64,000 nt of DNA, from the NCBI RefSeq assembly GCF_036321535.1, contig NC_087436.1:77750001-77814000 (forward strand), in the 5' to 3' direction. This DNA is from Camelus dromedarius. Lineage: Eukaryota. Positions 11,381-23,690 of the stretch are shown piece after piece (positions within the stretch are counted from its first letter, which is position 1; every line of letters begins with the position of its first letter). The notes below the pieces were generated by a model. That model was not told the origin of the DNA, did no database searches, and saw only the letters and a program-made list of their open reading frames with translations. The position numbers and the translations under genes are program-made.

Positions 11381-13009
11381 GTCTGTGTTCACTGCAAGCT
11401 CTCTCCCACCTCGCCTCCACTCCCAGAGCACAAACAAGCGCACGTACCCTGGACGTGCTCTCCTCTGTCACACCAATGCCCTTCTAGAAGACACGTGAGG
11501 CCAGAGCAGCTTGGCGACGCGCGCTTCCCGGACTCTGGAGCCATACTTTGCCTCTAGTTTGCTCATTCACATGATGCTGGGGGCAAGTGGTTTGAACCGA
11601 GTTTCAAGGAACCTACAGAATCTGTTGGTCTTCTGGCAGGGAGCTTTCTTGATCACCCAAGCTGGTAATGCTCTCCCCGGCGCCTTTTGATTACGCCCCC
11701 ACCCCCACCCCGAGGCTCACATTATGGTTTTCTAAATATATATATATAAATGGTATGTATATATATATACCCCACCGCCTTATTTGCTGTGCCCCGGAGT
11801 TGTGAGATCTCAGTGTGGCTTTCCCCCTTTTCTCCTGCCTGCGGAGGAATTTCACTGGTAAATCCACGGAAGACAAGGGTAGTTTCTGTGTGGAGGAGCG
11901 GGAAGCACAGTGAGGGTCTATTCACTGTGCCTCTGGAGAACGTTAGAACCCAACTCCCTGGGGTTTTAAACCACATGGTGGCAGTGGGACTCGTAACACC
12001 GGTCTGCACTAGTACATATATAAACTTATATAGAAATTAGGCCCACGGAAAATATGTTGAATAGGGCCATTACATTTCAAAGGAGAGAGAATGTAATCCT
12101 GTTTTTTTTTTTTATGTGTGTGCTAACCGAAAAAAATAAGCAGACGTACAAAGTACTTTTCATGAACAGATGCCAGAGTCTTTCCATTTTATGCAGGCCT
12201 TCAAAATAGCCCAATTAGAGGAGACGGGGATGGAAAAGAATTCCACAGGGAAAGGGAAAATAAGCCATTGTTAAGCCACTGTAATAATGGACATTTAAGT
12301 CGATGGCCTGAGTGTTTATGAATAGTTTAACAACAACAAAAAAAGAGAAAACCAGACATTTTCAAAGCCATTACATTTAATTCAGTCCATCTGGGGTGAG
12401 GTGGGGGTAACGGTGCATTGATAATGAATGGGTCCAAAAATTGATGTATTGGGCCAGAGCATGCATTTTTAAATTGAAATAGAATAGGATAAACATTTCA
12501 GAAACACTACACATAGTGCGAGTAAATATATTCCATCAGCCTCTCATTTCAGTTAAATATGTAAATGTGTGTGTACTGGGTCAACCAGGTAATAATGTAT
12601 TTTCTTACTGTTCCTTGAGGTAAAATCTTGAAAGGCACTGATGTAGTACAGGCTGCTGCCCAGGGTCCAAGTCTTAGGGAGAACTTAGGTTCCTTCCCAG
12701 GGATGGATCCTGTGCTCTGTGAACAATACTGAATTACAGAGAACAAGGAGTGGGGGGTGAGGAAAAGGAGGGGAAAAGTGACCATGTTTGAGCTCTATAT
12801 TCATTCTTTCCACAAAGGTGCTTCTCTCCCTCAAGCTCGGTGCTAAAGTCAGGGAATTCAGCGGTGAGCAAAATCAACATGTGATCTTGGCACTTCAGAA
12901 TCCAGGGGAGGGACACCGTTACCAAACAAACACGAAAGCAACTATATATGTGATAAATGCTGTGAAGGAAAATATCATGAGAGCAAAAATGATGAGGTCA
13001 TAAATTCTA

Positions 13010-13520
13010 TGCAGGAGCTATAATTAATAATTAACCCAACTTAAATTGTCTTAAATGATAAGGAAATTTATTGTTTTCATATGGCAGGAAGTCCCAAGGT
13101 CAAGAGGCTCTATGTGGTGAATTTAGCAACTCAGTGATGTCAGGGCTGTTTCCGTTATGCCCTGCCATCTCCAGCATGCCAGCATTAGACCTGGGTCTGC
13201 CCTTCCCATGGCCCCACGATGGCTGGAGCAGCTCCCTCTGTGACAGTCAGTCACCCGGTGGTAACAGACAGCCTTTTTTAAGAGTGGGAAAATCCCTCTC
13301 GGAAGCCTCCAGTGACTTCTCCTCACCTGTCTTTAGTCCAAACTAAGGCACACACCCACGTCTAACTGCTGGGAATCGAGGGACGTTACTGTGATCCGTT
13401 GAGACTCTCCAGGATTCGCCTCTGAACTTTTCAGGATTGCATTCTCTGAGGAGTGGCTACCTAAACAGAAAGGAGAAGGTTGTCATGGATGTTGGGTAGC
13501 CAATCCAGAATCTGCTGCAG
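13010..13520 (-). mobile_element. MaLR LTR (MLT1J/K-like) within an antisense L2
   Basis: 'aacccaacttaaattgtcttaaatgataaggaaatttattg' ... 'ggatgttgggtagccaat'; L2-like flanks at ~12870-13000 and ~13520-13650. Confidence 0.6.
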
Positions 13521-15417
13521 GAACTCAGGGATGACTCCTCTTGGGGGGTGGGGGTGAGGAATGACATTTAAACTGAAGATGAGTAAGAGTCAACAAGGAG
13601 TGAGGAGGATGCACTTTCAGACAAAGGGAATCAAGTGTGTGGTCTGACTGTTTCATGGGTTAAATGTGAACATGTAGTTTCTCATTTGCTACATCAACCC
13701 GAAACGTTAAGTGTACCTGACGAAGCAAACTCAAAGGGTTAAATAATATGATCAAGTTTACAGAGCTAATGAGTTGCAGAGCCAATCAATCTAATTCCAG
13801 AGCCTAAAATCTTGACTTTTGCCTCTATGGAGATAAGGAGAAGCCAAGATCCACTGGCCTTTCCCTTCCATTGATTGAGGAACAGAGTCCCCCAACCAGG
13901 TCCCCTCTGCAAGGTGCCTCTGGGCCCACTGGTAGTGCAGGACACACATTCATGAATAAATCCTTGCACACTGGGTGTGCCTCTGCTTCACTGAGTGCCA
14001 TGGTCCCTGACAGGCACTGTCACCAGAGTGTTAGGGTTCTCCTGACGTCAGCTGGGAGGAGGCCTATGGAGATGTGCAGAGTAAAATGTCCATCTTTGTG
14101 TGGCACCAGAGAAGTCCTTAAGCAGCCTTGGTGTTTTACGGACATCTCTGTTTCTCCTGCTTTCTCTTTATCGCATGGACAGTCATCTAAGGGACTGAGC
14201 TGGAAACAGGTTACTTCCAAACTGAGCTCAGACTCCCAAGGCCCTGCATGATGAAGTTCTGGCTCAAGCTCTTCTAGTCTGAATCCTGTTCTCTTGGGAT
14301 AAATGCCCTGACAGGAGACTCTGTAGTTGCCCTTGCACACAAATTTCTCTTGGGCCACACCATCAGATCAGCCTTGGTGCTCACAACATTTGAGCCCAGC
14401 CCAGGGCCCCCCCAGGATACATGCTGAGCTCTCTTCCATTTGTCACCAGAAGAAGCTCTTCTGAGGATGGGAGAGGGGCAAAGCCACCATCCTCAGTCCC
14501 ACTCATTTTCCGTGTCTCTGGTTTTGCACCCTCCCTTCCTTTTTTCTTTCATTCATCTGCATCTTGTTTATCTCCCCACACTGACCCCAGGGCAGCCATT
14601 TCAGTTTCTAAAGCTAGAACCTTGGGTCACTGTGCCCTTCTTTCATTTTAGCTCTACTGAAACTTAACCCCAGAAAAATACTAGCACTTGTCTTTGGCAT
14701 TCCCACTCTCCAGGAGCCTACATCACTCTGTGGGCTTCTGAAACTGGGCCAGTTGATCCCATCACCATTTTCCTGCTGGTCTCATCTCTCTGCAGCCCAC
14801 AATCTTTCTTCACCTCAAAGCCATTCATTTCTTCCATGAAGTCTCCCTGATTCAGCAGCATGGTAGTTGTGTGACCCTTCAGGGTTCCAGAGGCCTGTCA
14901 GCTTGGCCCTCTCCCTTATTGGACTTCAGAGCAGGGACTTTGTTGTATTAATTCTTGTATCTTCAGAACATACGTAGCTCAAATCTTTTCAATATGCAAA
15001 AACAAAACAAAATTCCACTCTTTAAACTACTGTCTCTAGTTTCTTTAAAAAACAAACAAAAAACCCACAAAAACTATTCACCAAAGAACCCTGTGGGAGC
15101 TTATTACTCACATCACATAATCTTCCAGGCCTGGCACTGGGAGCACTGTTCTCCATTCCACTCTTGTGGAATTTTGTCAAGGGGACAATGGCTTCTCATT
15201 TGCCAAATCCCTTCCTGCTGATCCCTCGTGGGGAGGAGGGTGAGCCCCACGGGCATTAACTCACAGTGCAGTAGAGCAGTTTCCCAGCCCCTCCAGGCAA
15301 CAACCAGAGGCTACACGTGTCCCTGACCAGTCTCTTGTCCATGCTCTCCTTGAAAGCCCTCCTGCCTCTACCCAACTCCCACTCATTCTGAATTTTCCCA
15401 GGATTCTGTCCTTATCC

Positions 15418-15482
15418 CCTTCCTCCCTCCTTCCCTCCCTCCCTTCCTTCCTTCCTTCCTTCTTTATTACTTCCTTCCCTCT
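15418..15482 (+). repeat. (CCTT/CCCT)n pyrimidine microsatellite
   Basis: Read directly. Confidence 0.9.
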
Positions 15483-16053
15483 CCGCCTGCTTTAGCTTCA
15501 ATCATCACCTCTAGGGGTACTCTCTTTCTTCAGAACTGCACTTTATTTCAGCCCTTCTGCCAGTATTTATCATTTTCTACTTTGTATTATTGTTATCTAT
15601 CTGCAGTTCTTATCTCCCCCGCTTGACCGTAAACACCTAGAGGACATGGTTCACAGCTGATTCATCCTTACTGTATCTCTTCACAGCACTAGTGAGTCCA
15701 AATCCCAGGGGTACGGTTGTGACTTATTACCCAGAAGAATTGTAGTTACATTTCTGAAATTCTACAGAAAGTATTTGAAATGTGCTCTTGATTTTCCTTC
15801 TGAAATAAAGATGATTGTTTGGAATAAAGACACAATTTAGAAATTAATAATCTGCCTAATTAATGAGCAGGTAATAGGAAATTTTACTACAAAAGACCAA
15901 CATATAAAAACATTTAGTTTTCTGTTTTTATCTGCATATATTGAGTTTCAGTACGTAGTGCACTGGTTTTCCAAAATAGTGATTTTGTTTGTCTAGTTAT
16001 AGGCTTAGCTAGTGTATACTAACTGCATACTAGGCTCACAGTGTTTGGCATCT

Positions 16054-16602
16054 TGAGACAGGAAAGAAGGGGGCAGGACACAGCCATTAGAGGAATAACA
16101 CAGCAATTAGCACTGAGATGGAAGAAAAATCAGCTCCCAATAGACCTGGAGGCCCGAGATGGTGGAGATTCAACCTCCAGTGGACCTTGAGCTGCATTAT
16201 ACACATTGTAATATACTAGCATGGTGAATGGCACACCCCCAGCACCATGACAGTTCCAAAGCTCACCATGAAGGGTCAAAGAGAGGATGGTGGCCCAACT
16301 CCTGGGAACCCCCACCCCTTCCTCAAAGTAGTTGGAATAAGCCTCTCACTTGTTAGCATATAAAAACTAGCAACCCCGTGTCTCATGGTCGCTCTCTCTC
16401 TCTTGCCTTGAGAGACAGCTCCCACTCTCGTCTATGAAGTGTCCATCTTTCTAAATAAATCTACCTTTACTCAACTTTGGCTCACTTTTGAATTCTTTAC
16501 TGTGCAAAGCCAAGAACCCTTACTTTGTGGGGCACGTCCCAGGGACTCAACCAAGACCTGGGACACGGCCTTCCTCTCATGCCCCATTTTTTTCCTGTAT
16601 CA
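16054..16602 (+). mobile_element. Solo ERV LTR (ERV1-like)
   Basis: TG...CA termini with inverted repeat TGAGACAGG / CCTGTATCA (8/9), TATAAA at 16359-16364 and AATAAA at 16454-16459 in LTR order. Confidence 0.8.
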
Positions 16603-16889
16603 GTCCCACCATGCTTTTCTATTTCAAAATCGACGTGGATCATCCATCGAACACTTCGACTCCTTAGACCTCATAATAATCTTCACGTCCACTCAGCATC
16701 AGGCATTCACTGCCACAGCTATAACCAGAATCTCCTCTAAAATCATGGAGGCAGACAGTGCCTGTGCATCCTGGATCAGCTCACCCCTGCCTGCCTCCCA
16801 AGGCTTTAGTCCTTTGCCTTTCCTCTCAGACACAGTGATCACAGCAGCCCCTCATGCTGTTCCCATGATTGTCAAGCCTAGACAAATGC

Positions 16890-17410
16890 TGTCACCAGCC
16901 TCAGCCTCCTCTGGAGTGAGAACCAGACCAGCACGGCCTCTACAACATCCATCGTAGAGGGAGCCTCAGTTGTTCCAGCTCCCAGGTCTGACCTGACTGG
17001 ACCCACAGAAGTTCTGGCTTCCCAAGCTGCTGCCTGGAGGGCCCCAAAACACACCCTAAAGATACAGAAGAATTAATACCCTGTGGAGCCAACTCTGACC
17101 ATTGAGAGACAGGAGCCAGGAAGAAGCCAGCAGATAATTGCTCACCCTTCCTGCCCACACAAGAGCTGTTCAGAGGATGCCATGGTCTTGTACTTCTGGC
17201 TGCTCAAGCATGACTCAGCAACCAGCTTTGTATTCTAGAGAAGCTGTGGACAGATTGGTCATGCATCACCATGAACCTGCTTTTTCTCCTTCTCTCCCTC
17301 ATTTCCTTTTTTCCCTTACGTCTGCTTCCTTAGGATGACACCCCTAATTAAGAATTAGCAAGTGAGCTTTGTCTCAGGCTCTGTTTTCTAGAGAACCCAG
17401 ACTAAGCTAA
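16890..17410 (+). mobile_element. ERVL-type LTR (LTR16/LTR33-like)
   Basis: 3' end 'tgtctcaggctctgttttctagagaacccagactaag' typical of this group; 5' boundary uncertain. Confidence 0.55.
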
Positions 17411-17899
17411 GACTTTACACTCTGTGACCACCACCTTCCATCCTTCAAGTTTATTTGCTCTGTTACCGTCTCTTCATATGTTTTTGACCTTAAAGTGACC
17501 TCTAGTTCCTTGACCCTCTGTTTCCTTCTTTCCTGTCTTTACCCTGCTTCTTACTCAGTTTAGTATGCAGTTCATTTTTCCTAAACCTTGGTACTTCTCC
17601 CGAACATTGTATCCTGCAACAGCCAGATGAAGTCTCCATCTGAAGGGAGCCCACTTCTCACCTTCTCTTTCTTGTACTTGGACAGTGAGTGCTAACAGAT
17701 CAAGGGAAATATCGGCCCTGTTCTCATGGAACTTAAATTCTGGGTCAATGTTAAGACATTAGACTGCTAAAGCCATTCTAGAGAGCCATCTTGCATGATT
17801 TACTCAAATTAAGATTATGTACTGGCAAGTCTACTGAGTGCACTATATATCCCAGAAAATTTCCCACATGTCTGCAGAGGGACATGTACAAGGATTTTC

Positions 17900-18264
17900 T
17901 TTAATTTTTATTTTTTATTGAAGTATAGTTAATTTACAATGTTTCAGGTGTACAGCAAAGTGATTCAGTTATACATACATATATATGTATTCTTTTTCAG
18001 ATTCTTTTCCATTATAGGTTATGACAAAATATTGAAATAGTTCCCTGTGCTATGCAGTAGGTCCTTATTGTTTATCTATTTTATGTACAATACTGTGTGT
18101 CTGTTAATCCCAAATTCCAAATTTATCTGTCTCCCCCCTTTCTTCTTTGGTAACCGTAAGTTTATTTTCTATGTATGTGAGTCTATTTCTGTTTTATAAA
18201 TAAGTTCCTTTGTATCATTTTTTTAGATTCCACGTGTAAGTGATATCATATGATACTTGTCTCT
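17900..18264 (-). mobile_element. L1 3' UTR fragment
   Basis: T tail then 'ttgaagtatagttaatttacaatgtttcaggtgtacagc...ttttagattccacgtgtaagtgatatcata'. Confidence 0.85.
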
Positions 18265-18382
18265 AAGTTTCTCCCACCTTAAGCAAGGGCTTCTTCCGTT
18301 ATGTGTTACACAGCTCCTCCTCAAGTTTCCCAGCACCTGCACTCACTGTCTTCATTTCCTCTGTCATTCCTTTCATCTTCAG

Positions 18383-18865
18383 TGCATCAGTTTCTTAATG
18401 CTGCTGTAACGAATTACAACAAACTTAGTGGCTTGAAACAAGTAACAGCACACATATGTTTTCTTATGGTTCTTGAGGTCAGAACTCTGAAAAGGATCTC
18501 ACAGGGTTCAAATCAAGGTGTCGTCAGGGCTGTGTTCTTTCTGGAGGCTCTAGAGGAAAATCTGTTGCCTCTGTGGCTTCTGGAGGCTGTCAACTTCCCT
18601 AGGCGTGTGGTCCCTGTCATCTTCAAGGCCAGCAGTTTATCATCTTGAAAGCTCTCCCTGACACTGACCCTCCTGCCTCCCTCTTTCACTTATCAAGACC
18701 CTTGGAATTACACTCAGCCCTCCGAAGTAAGCCAGGATAATCTCATCTCAAGATCCTTACCTAAATCACATCTGCAGAGTTCTTTTTGCATGTAAGGTAA
18801 TACCTTCATAGGTTCTAGAGATTAGGACGTGGACGTCGTGGGGAGCTGTTCTTTTGCCTACCACA
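18383..18865 (-). mobile_element. MaLR LTR (MLT1C/D-like)
   Basis: 'gctgctgtaacgaattacaacaaacttagtggcttgaaac' ... 'ctgttcttttgcctaccaca'. Confidence 0.85.
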
Positions 18866-18869
18866 GTTA

Positions 18870-19710
18870 GCAATCTCGCTCCCCACCACTTTACTGAAAA
18901 TACTTTCCCTGAGATCATCAATTCCTAGTTTCCTTAGAAATACATCTGTCTTAGTTGACCTCTCAGCAGCACTGAATGCAGGTACTGCTCCTAAGAGCGG
19001 CTTCAATGACTACATGTTCTCTAGAGTTTCTCTCCTTCTTGCCAGTGACTCTGTCTCTAACTTTAAATGTTGAAAGGCCTCGCTGCCTCATGCAAGATTG
19101 TCTTTCCTCTTTGTAAGTGGCCGTCCTCTTAAAAGCAGGTCCCCCTTTCAGTTCTGCAATAGAGACAGAAAGCACAGAGACACCCTCGCTTCCATCCCCA
19201 TCTGTGCGCTGGTGACTCCTGCATCTCCATTTCCAGGTGGTGCTTTCCTCCCATGATCCAGAACAGATTGTTTAGCTGCCTTTTTGATATTTCCACTCAG
19301 GGACCAAGATACAAGTCACTCAGTAGCAACATGTCCAAAAATAGAGGAACATCTTGTCCCCAAGAACTAATGACTCCTTCACTGTCTCTTACACAAATAA
19401 GCCGTTTTCCAGTTAGATTTCTCGGTTGGGGATTTAAAGAGTCATCTCTGTCTCTTTCTCTCCCTCATTCTCCATAAAAAATCCATCCCAAGGTCCTGAC
19501 AATTCTGCCACACACATCTCTCTAATGCTCAGGAGATGCTCTCCATCACCACCCTCAGCGTCTTCTCTTGCCTGAGCCCCGTGAGAGTCACTGCACCATC
19601 TCCCAGTGGCTGCTCCTGCTCCCATACCAGCCTCCAGCCTGTTCTCTACACTGCGATCAAAGTGATCTTCTTAGAACATAAAGCAGCTTTGTCACTTCTC
19701 TGCTCAAAGC
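18870..19710 (+). mobile_element. L2 LINE fragment
   Basis: 'ttgacctctcagcagcactgaa' and 'ctgttctctacactgcgatcaaagtgatcttc...gtcacttctctgctcaaa'; resumes near 20140 after an insertion. Confidence 0.75.
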
Positions 19711-19719
19711 TCATTCATC

Positions 19720-20135
19720 TGATAGGCATATAGCCACAGTGCTTAGGGCCATGTGTTAGCCAGGACCTGTGGAATTGTATGAGACCTGGAAAAAAAAATC
19801 ACTGGCTCCATGCTACAAAAGAGAAAACTACAAAACGTTGAGTTAAATAGCTACAGAGCATGATGTTGTGCCAACTAGCAATTCACATGTACGTGTGAGT
19901 GTACGTGTGTATTTATATGTACATGTACAACCAATTCTAAATCAGAAAACAAAAGAAATAAGTTTAGCCACATGAAAACTCAGCTTTAAAAATCAGTAAA
20001 ATTGTTCATTTTTTTCAGAAACTCGTGTCTGCATTTTGAATGGGATGCCAATATGCTTGCTTAATGTGTTGTGGAAGTGAGACCTCCAAAAGTCAGAATG
20101 CGTAGGGCCTATAAAAGCCCCCAAACATTTCTGCC
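19720..20135. mobile_element. Probable hAT-family non-autonomous DNA element interrupting L2
   Basis: GC-richer termini ('gcttagggcc', 'cgtagggcct') around an AT-rich body; L2 is collinear on both sides. Family not determined. Confidence 0.4.
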
Positions 20136-20269
20136 TCAGAGATCTTCTCACTGCTCTTGCTATAAAGTCCCAGATCTTCAGCGTGGCTTCCCAGCATGTC
20201 AGGCTGCATTTTGTAGCTTGCCTTAGAAGGTTTCCATTATTGGAGGAATATCCCGGCCTCCTAGGAGGC

Positions 20270-20425
20270 CCAAGACCAGTGCATCTGATCCCCTGAGAAG
20301 CTTGTTAAAATGCAGGTTCTGATTCAACAGGTTGGAGGGGCTGAGATGCTGCATTGCATTTTTTACAAGCTCCCAGGGATTATCGCTGCTGCTGTTCCAC
20401 CGATCACACTTGGAGCAGCAAGACC
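20270..20425. mobile_element. MER5A-like hAT-Charlie MITE
   Basis: 'gaagcttgttaaaatgcaggttctg...gcattttttacaagctcccagg...cacacttggagcagca'. Confidence 0.8.
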
Positions 20426-22740
20426 ACAGAGGGCAGTCCTGCCTCTTTCTGCTGGCGCCTCCAGTCGTGCTAAGAGCTCCATGGGGTCTAAATTGGTTTG
20501 GGGGTTCAAGGGCTAGGACATGCTTATAGCCTGATGGACAATTTTTTGCGGAAAAAAGTGATGATTTTGAGGATTGAAAGATGAGAGCCCATGATGCTTT
20601 GTCTATGTGCGATATTGGAGATGAGTACAAGGGGCGGGAGAGCAGGAGAAGCAAATACACTTAGCTCTGTATGTGCTGGTGCTCTGGATGGACACTCACA
20701 CAGCCCTGGGCCTGCCCCCACGTCCGTGTGTCCCTGATGTCAGAATCTGACTGAAGCTTTGCCTGTATCACAGCTTTTATCAAGCAGTTTTATAATCTTG
20801 TGTTCCTGGATTCAACCATGAGCTCTTATGCAGCCCAGATGAGTTCTTCTTCATGGTAATCATTCAGTGGATGTCCATTAATAAAAGAATGGCGTTAAAT
20901 ATCTACTCAAGTATAACTTCCAGCCAGAAGGCAACATTGTTCTAGAATGCTGGGAAATAATTCCATCCCACAGGGCAACCTTGTATACTGTAACTAGAGA
21001 GGGGTTAGCTGTTTCAGCACTCAGGTGCCACGGACCCAGCAAGCAGAAGCAGCACGTAGGAACAGCCCTATAAATGGCAGCCCTAGCTATAAATTTTAAG
21101 AGGACACCCATATCTACCTAGCAATGCTAGGATAACATGAGCTGTTTATGAATAGTGGCTGGGTTTTGTTATTGGTTTGTTTCCTTTGTTGCTTATATTG
21201 TTATTATATACCAATTTATATTAGATGTAGTGACACCTTTACCTCAAAAGTGGCAAAAGATAAATGAAAACAACTCGAATGCTATTACTGTTTTTCACTT
21301 AGCTCTTTGAGAGTATTGTGCCTTCTAGATGTGGACTATTATTTGCCCACCCTGACATTTAAACAGCAAAAACCTGGCTTGAACTTCATTACATTTATCT
21401 TTCCATGTAACCATTTAAGAGGAACTAAATCCATTAGGACCTCACTGGAGATACAAAGTTGTCCTATTTCCCAAACCCAGACGGTCTGTAACTGATTCCT
21501 CCCCTCACAAAGCCCTCCAGATAGGAAAGGTTTCATTTAATCAGTCAGTAATAATATTTCCCTGAAATAAAGGTCATTGAGAATCCTGTGTAGTTTCAGT
21601 ACTTCAGTGGGTCAAATTATTTTTCAGATTTTGCTCAGTCTGTGCGAACAGGGTACCCCTAAGTGGACTCATTTGGCGCCATGATGCCAGGCAGAACCAT
21701 CTGCTCAAAGACAGCAAATAATAAATCATCTCCAGGCTGGTCTCAAGCCAGAAAGTTGCATGAAGAAGCCAGTAAAACAAGACTACATGGTCTGTCTTGG
21801 GACGCTGTCAGATGTCACTGTTCTTTACATTCCATCACCCTGCCAGTGGGGATCACCACAAATTAACCTGAACTACCTGACAGTCTCCTTTTCTTCACTT
21901 TGCAATTACATGTCTAGCTTCCCTTCGGAGACCCAAATTGGGAGGAAGCCCCAGTTTCATTGTCAATGAGGTCCATTTAAAATAGGTTCCTATTTTCACT
22001 CTGATCTCTAATTCCTTTTATAAAGGCCAAGCTTCAGTGTCTGTTTATCAAGGGCTGGCCACAGGATGTACAGTATCTTCTATACTGGGTATTTACAAAC
22101 ATTCCTGGAGTGTACCTAATACAGAATGGGTGGTCAGTAATTATTTCTTGAGTGGATGTATAAACGTTGCTAGGCTACATGGCTGTTAAGACCAGAGGTG
22201 AACGCCACTTTATTTTTGGCAATTTAATCAAAGTGAGAATGCTTGAGGACCAATTTTTTTTTTAATTATAGATTTTTATTAGAAATGCTGCAACGGTGAT
22301 TAAGAGTTATTTTATTTTTCCTCCATTACTGAGTGGCTCCTTTATTGAAAGAACATTTCAGAAAGTACATAATTAGCACGCTCTCCAGTAGCTGATTGTA
22401 ATGACTCGCCCTTGAACAGATTTTATGTAGGAGTTGAGGCTCCGTGGTGGTGGGGAAAGAACGTTTTGAGGGATTTGCAGGAGGAGAGTGGACAGAGTTT
22501 GGCCTTGGGCCAGAGGGTAAATATCCGGTTTCAGTTGCAGATTCCTGGGGAAGCAGAATTGGTGTTGCCTTTGTGGAGGGAGTAGGTTAGAGGAATGAAG
22601 TAGTGAAGGGGGTGGATGTCCTAAACGATGTCAGTGATTCACCTTCTCCCCACGCCAGCCAGAAGGAAACACTGTCAAGGCACCGCTTCCTGAGAGGGTA
22701 GTGGGTTCTGAAACGTCTTGTGAGTCCATGTTTGTCTGTC

Positions 22741-23237
22741 CGTGGTTCTCGCATTTTTGGTCTCAGAAGACTTTTACAGTCTTAAAATTATTGAGGACCC
22801 CAACATACTTTTGTTTATGTGGGTTATATCTCTCAATATTTATCCTATTCAAAATTAAAACTGAGAAATTTTTATAAGTATTTATTTATCTGAAAATAAC
22901 CTACTCTACAACCATTAAATATTAACATAAATGACTTCATTTCATGAGAAATAACTATTTCCAAAAAAAAAAGATAGTGAAGAGAAGCATTGTTTTATAG
23001 TTTTTACAAATCTTGTCAATATTTGGCTCAATAGAAGATAGCTGGATTTGCATATTGACTTCTGCATTCAATCTGGTGCGATCCTACATGCCACTCAGTG
23101 CCTGGGAAACCACTGAATGAGAATGAAAAAGGCAAATAAGGACTTAGTATTGTCATAATAATCATTCCAATCTGTGACTCTCTGAAAAGCTCTTGGGGAC
23201 TCTTACGGGTCACCTGGCCACACTTTGAGAACCACTG
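22741..23237. mobile_element. Charlie1-like hAT DNA transposon, internally deleted
   Basis: Starts 'cgtggttctc...tttggtctcag...ttaaaattattgaggacccc' and ends 'cacactttgagaaccactg' (matching inverted termini). Confidence 0.8.
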
Positions 23238-23469
23238 TTCTAATTTATAAGCCTCATACTACTTCACATGTCACAGATGATCTCAAAGGCATCTACCACA
23301 GTGGGTGTCCTTCTGATTCAGCCCAGTGGCCCAACTGGCCTCCCAAGCTCAGGCTTCTGACAATGGGGGGAAAAAAAAGATGGCTCTGAATTACTCAGCT
23401 CTGGGGTGCTTTCTCAGTTCCCAAGTGTAAGTGAGTAAGGGAATTAATAAAATAATAAAACTGTTCTTC

Positions 23470-23690
23470 TTCACAGATATAGAGAACAAACTAGTGGTTA
23501 TGGGGTGTGGTGAAGGGGAGGAGAAATATAGGAATGGGCAGTACAAACTCCTGGCGCAAGGTTGTATTATGTTATACAACACGGGGAATATGGCCAATAT
23601 TTTGTAATAACTATAAGTGGAAAGTAACTTTTAAAACTTGTATAAAATAAAAGTTTTTTTTAATAATTTAAACAAACAAAGCAGAATAAA
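23470..23690 (+). mobile_element. L1 3' UTR fragment
   Basis: 'cacagatatagagaacaaactagtggtt...acaacacggggaatatggccaatattttgtaataactata'. Confidence 0.75.

Noticed and set aside
11736..11770. (TA)n-flanked quasi-palindrome upstream of the promoter
   Set aside because: Self-complementarity is inherent to TA repeats; no evidence of function.
16439..16957. 172-aa ORF next to an LTR, possible retroviral gag or a novel gene
   Set aside because: Non-ATG start inside the LTR, no gag/pol/env motifs, and no primer-binding site after the LTR end.
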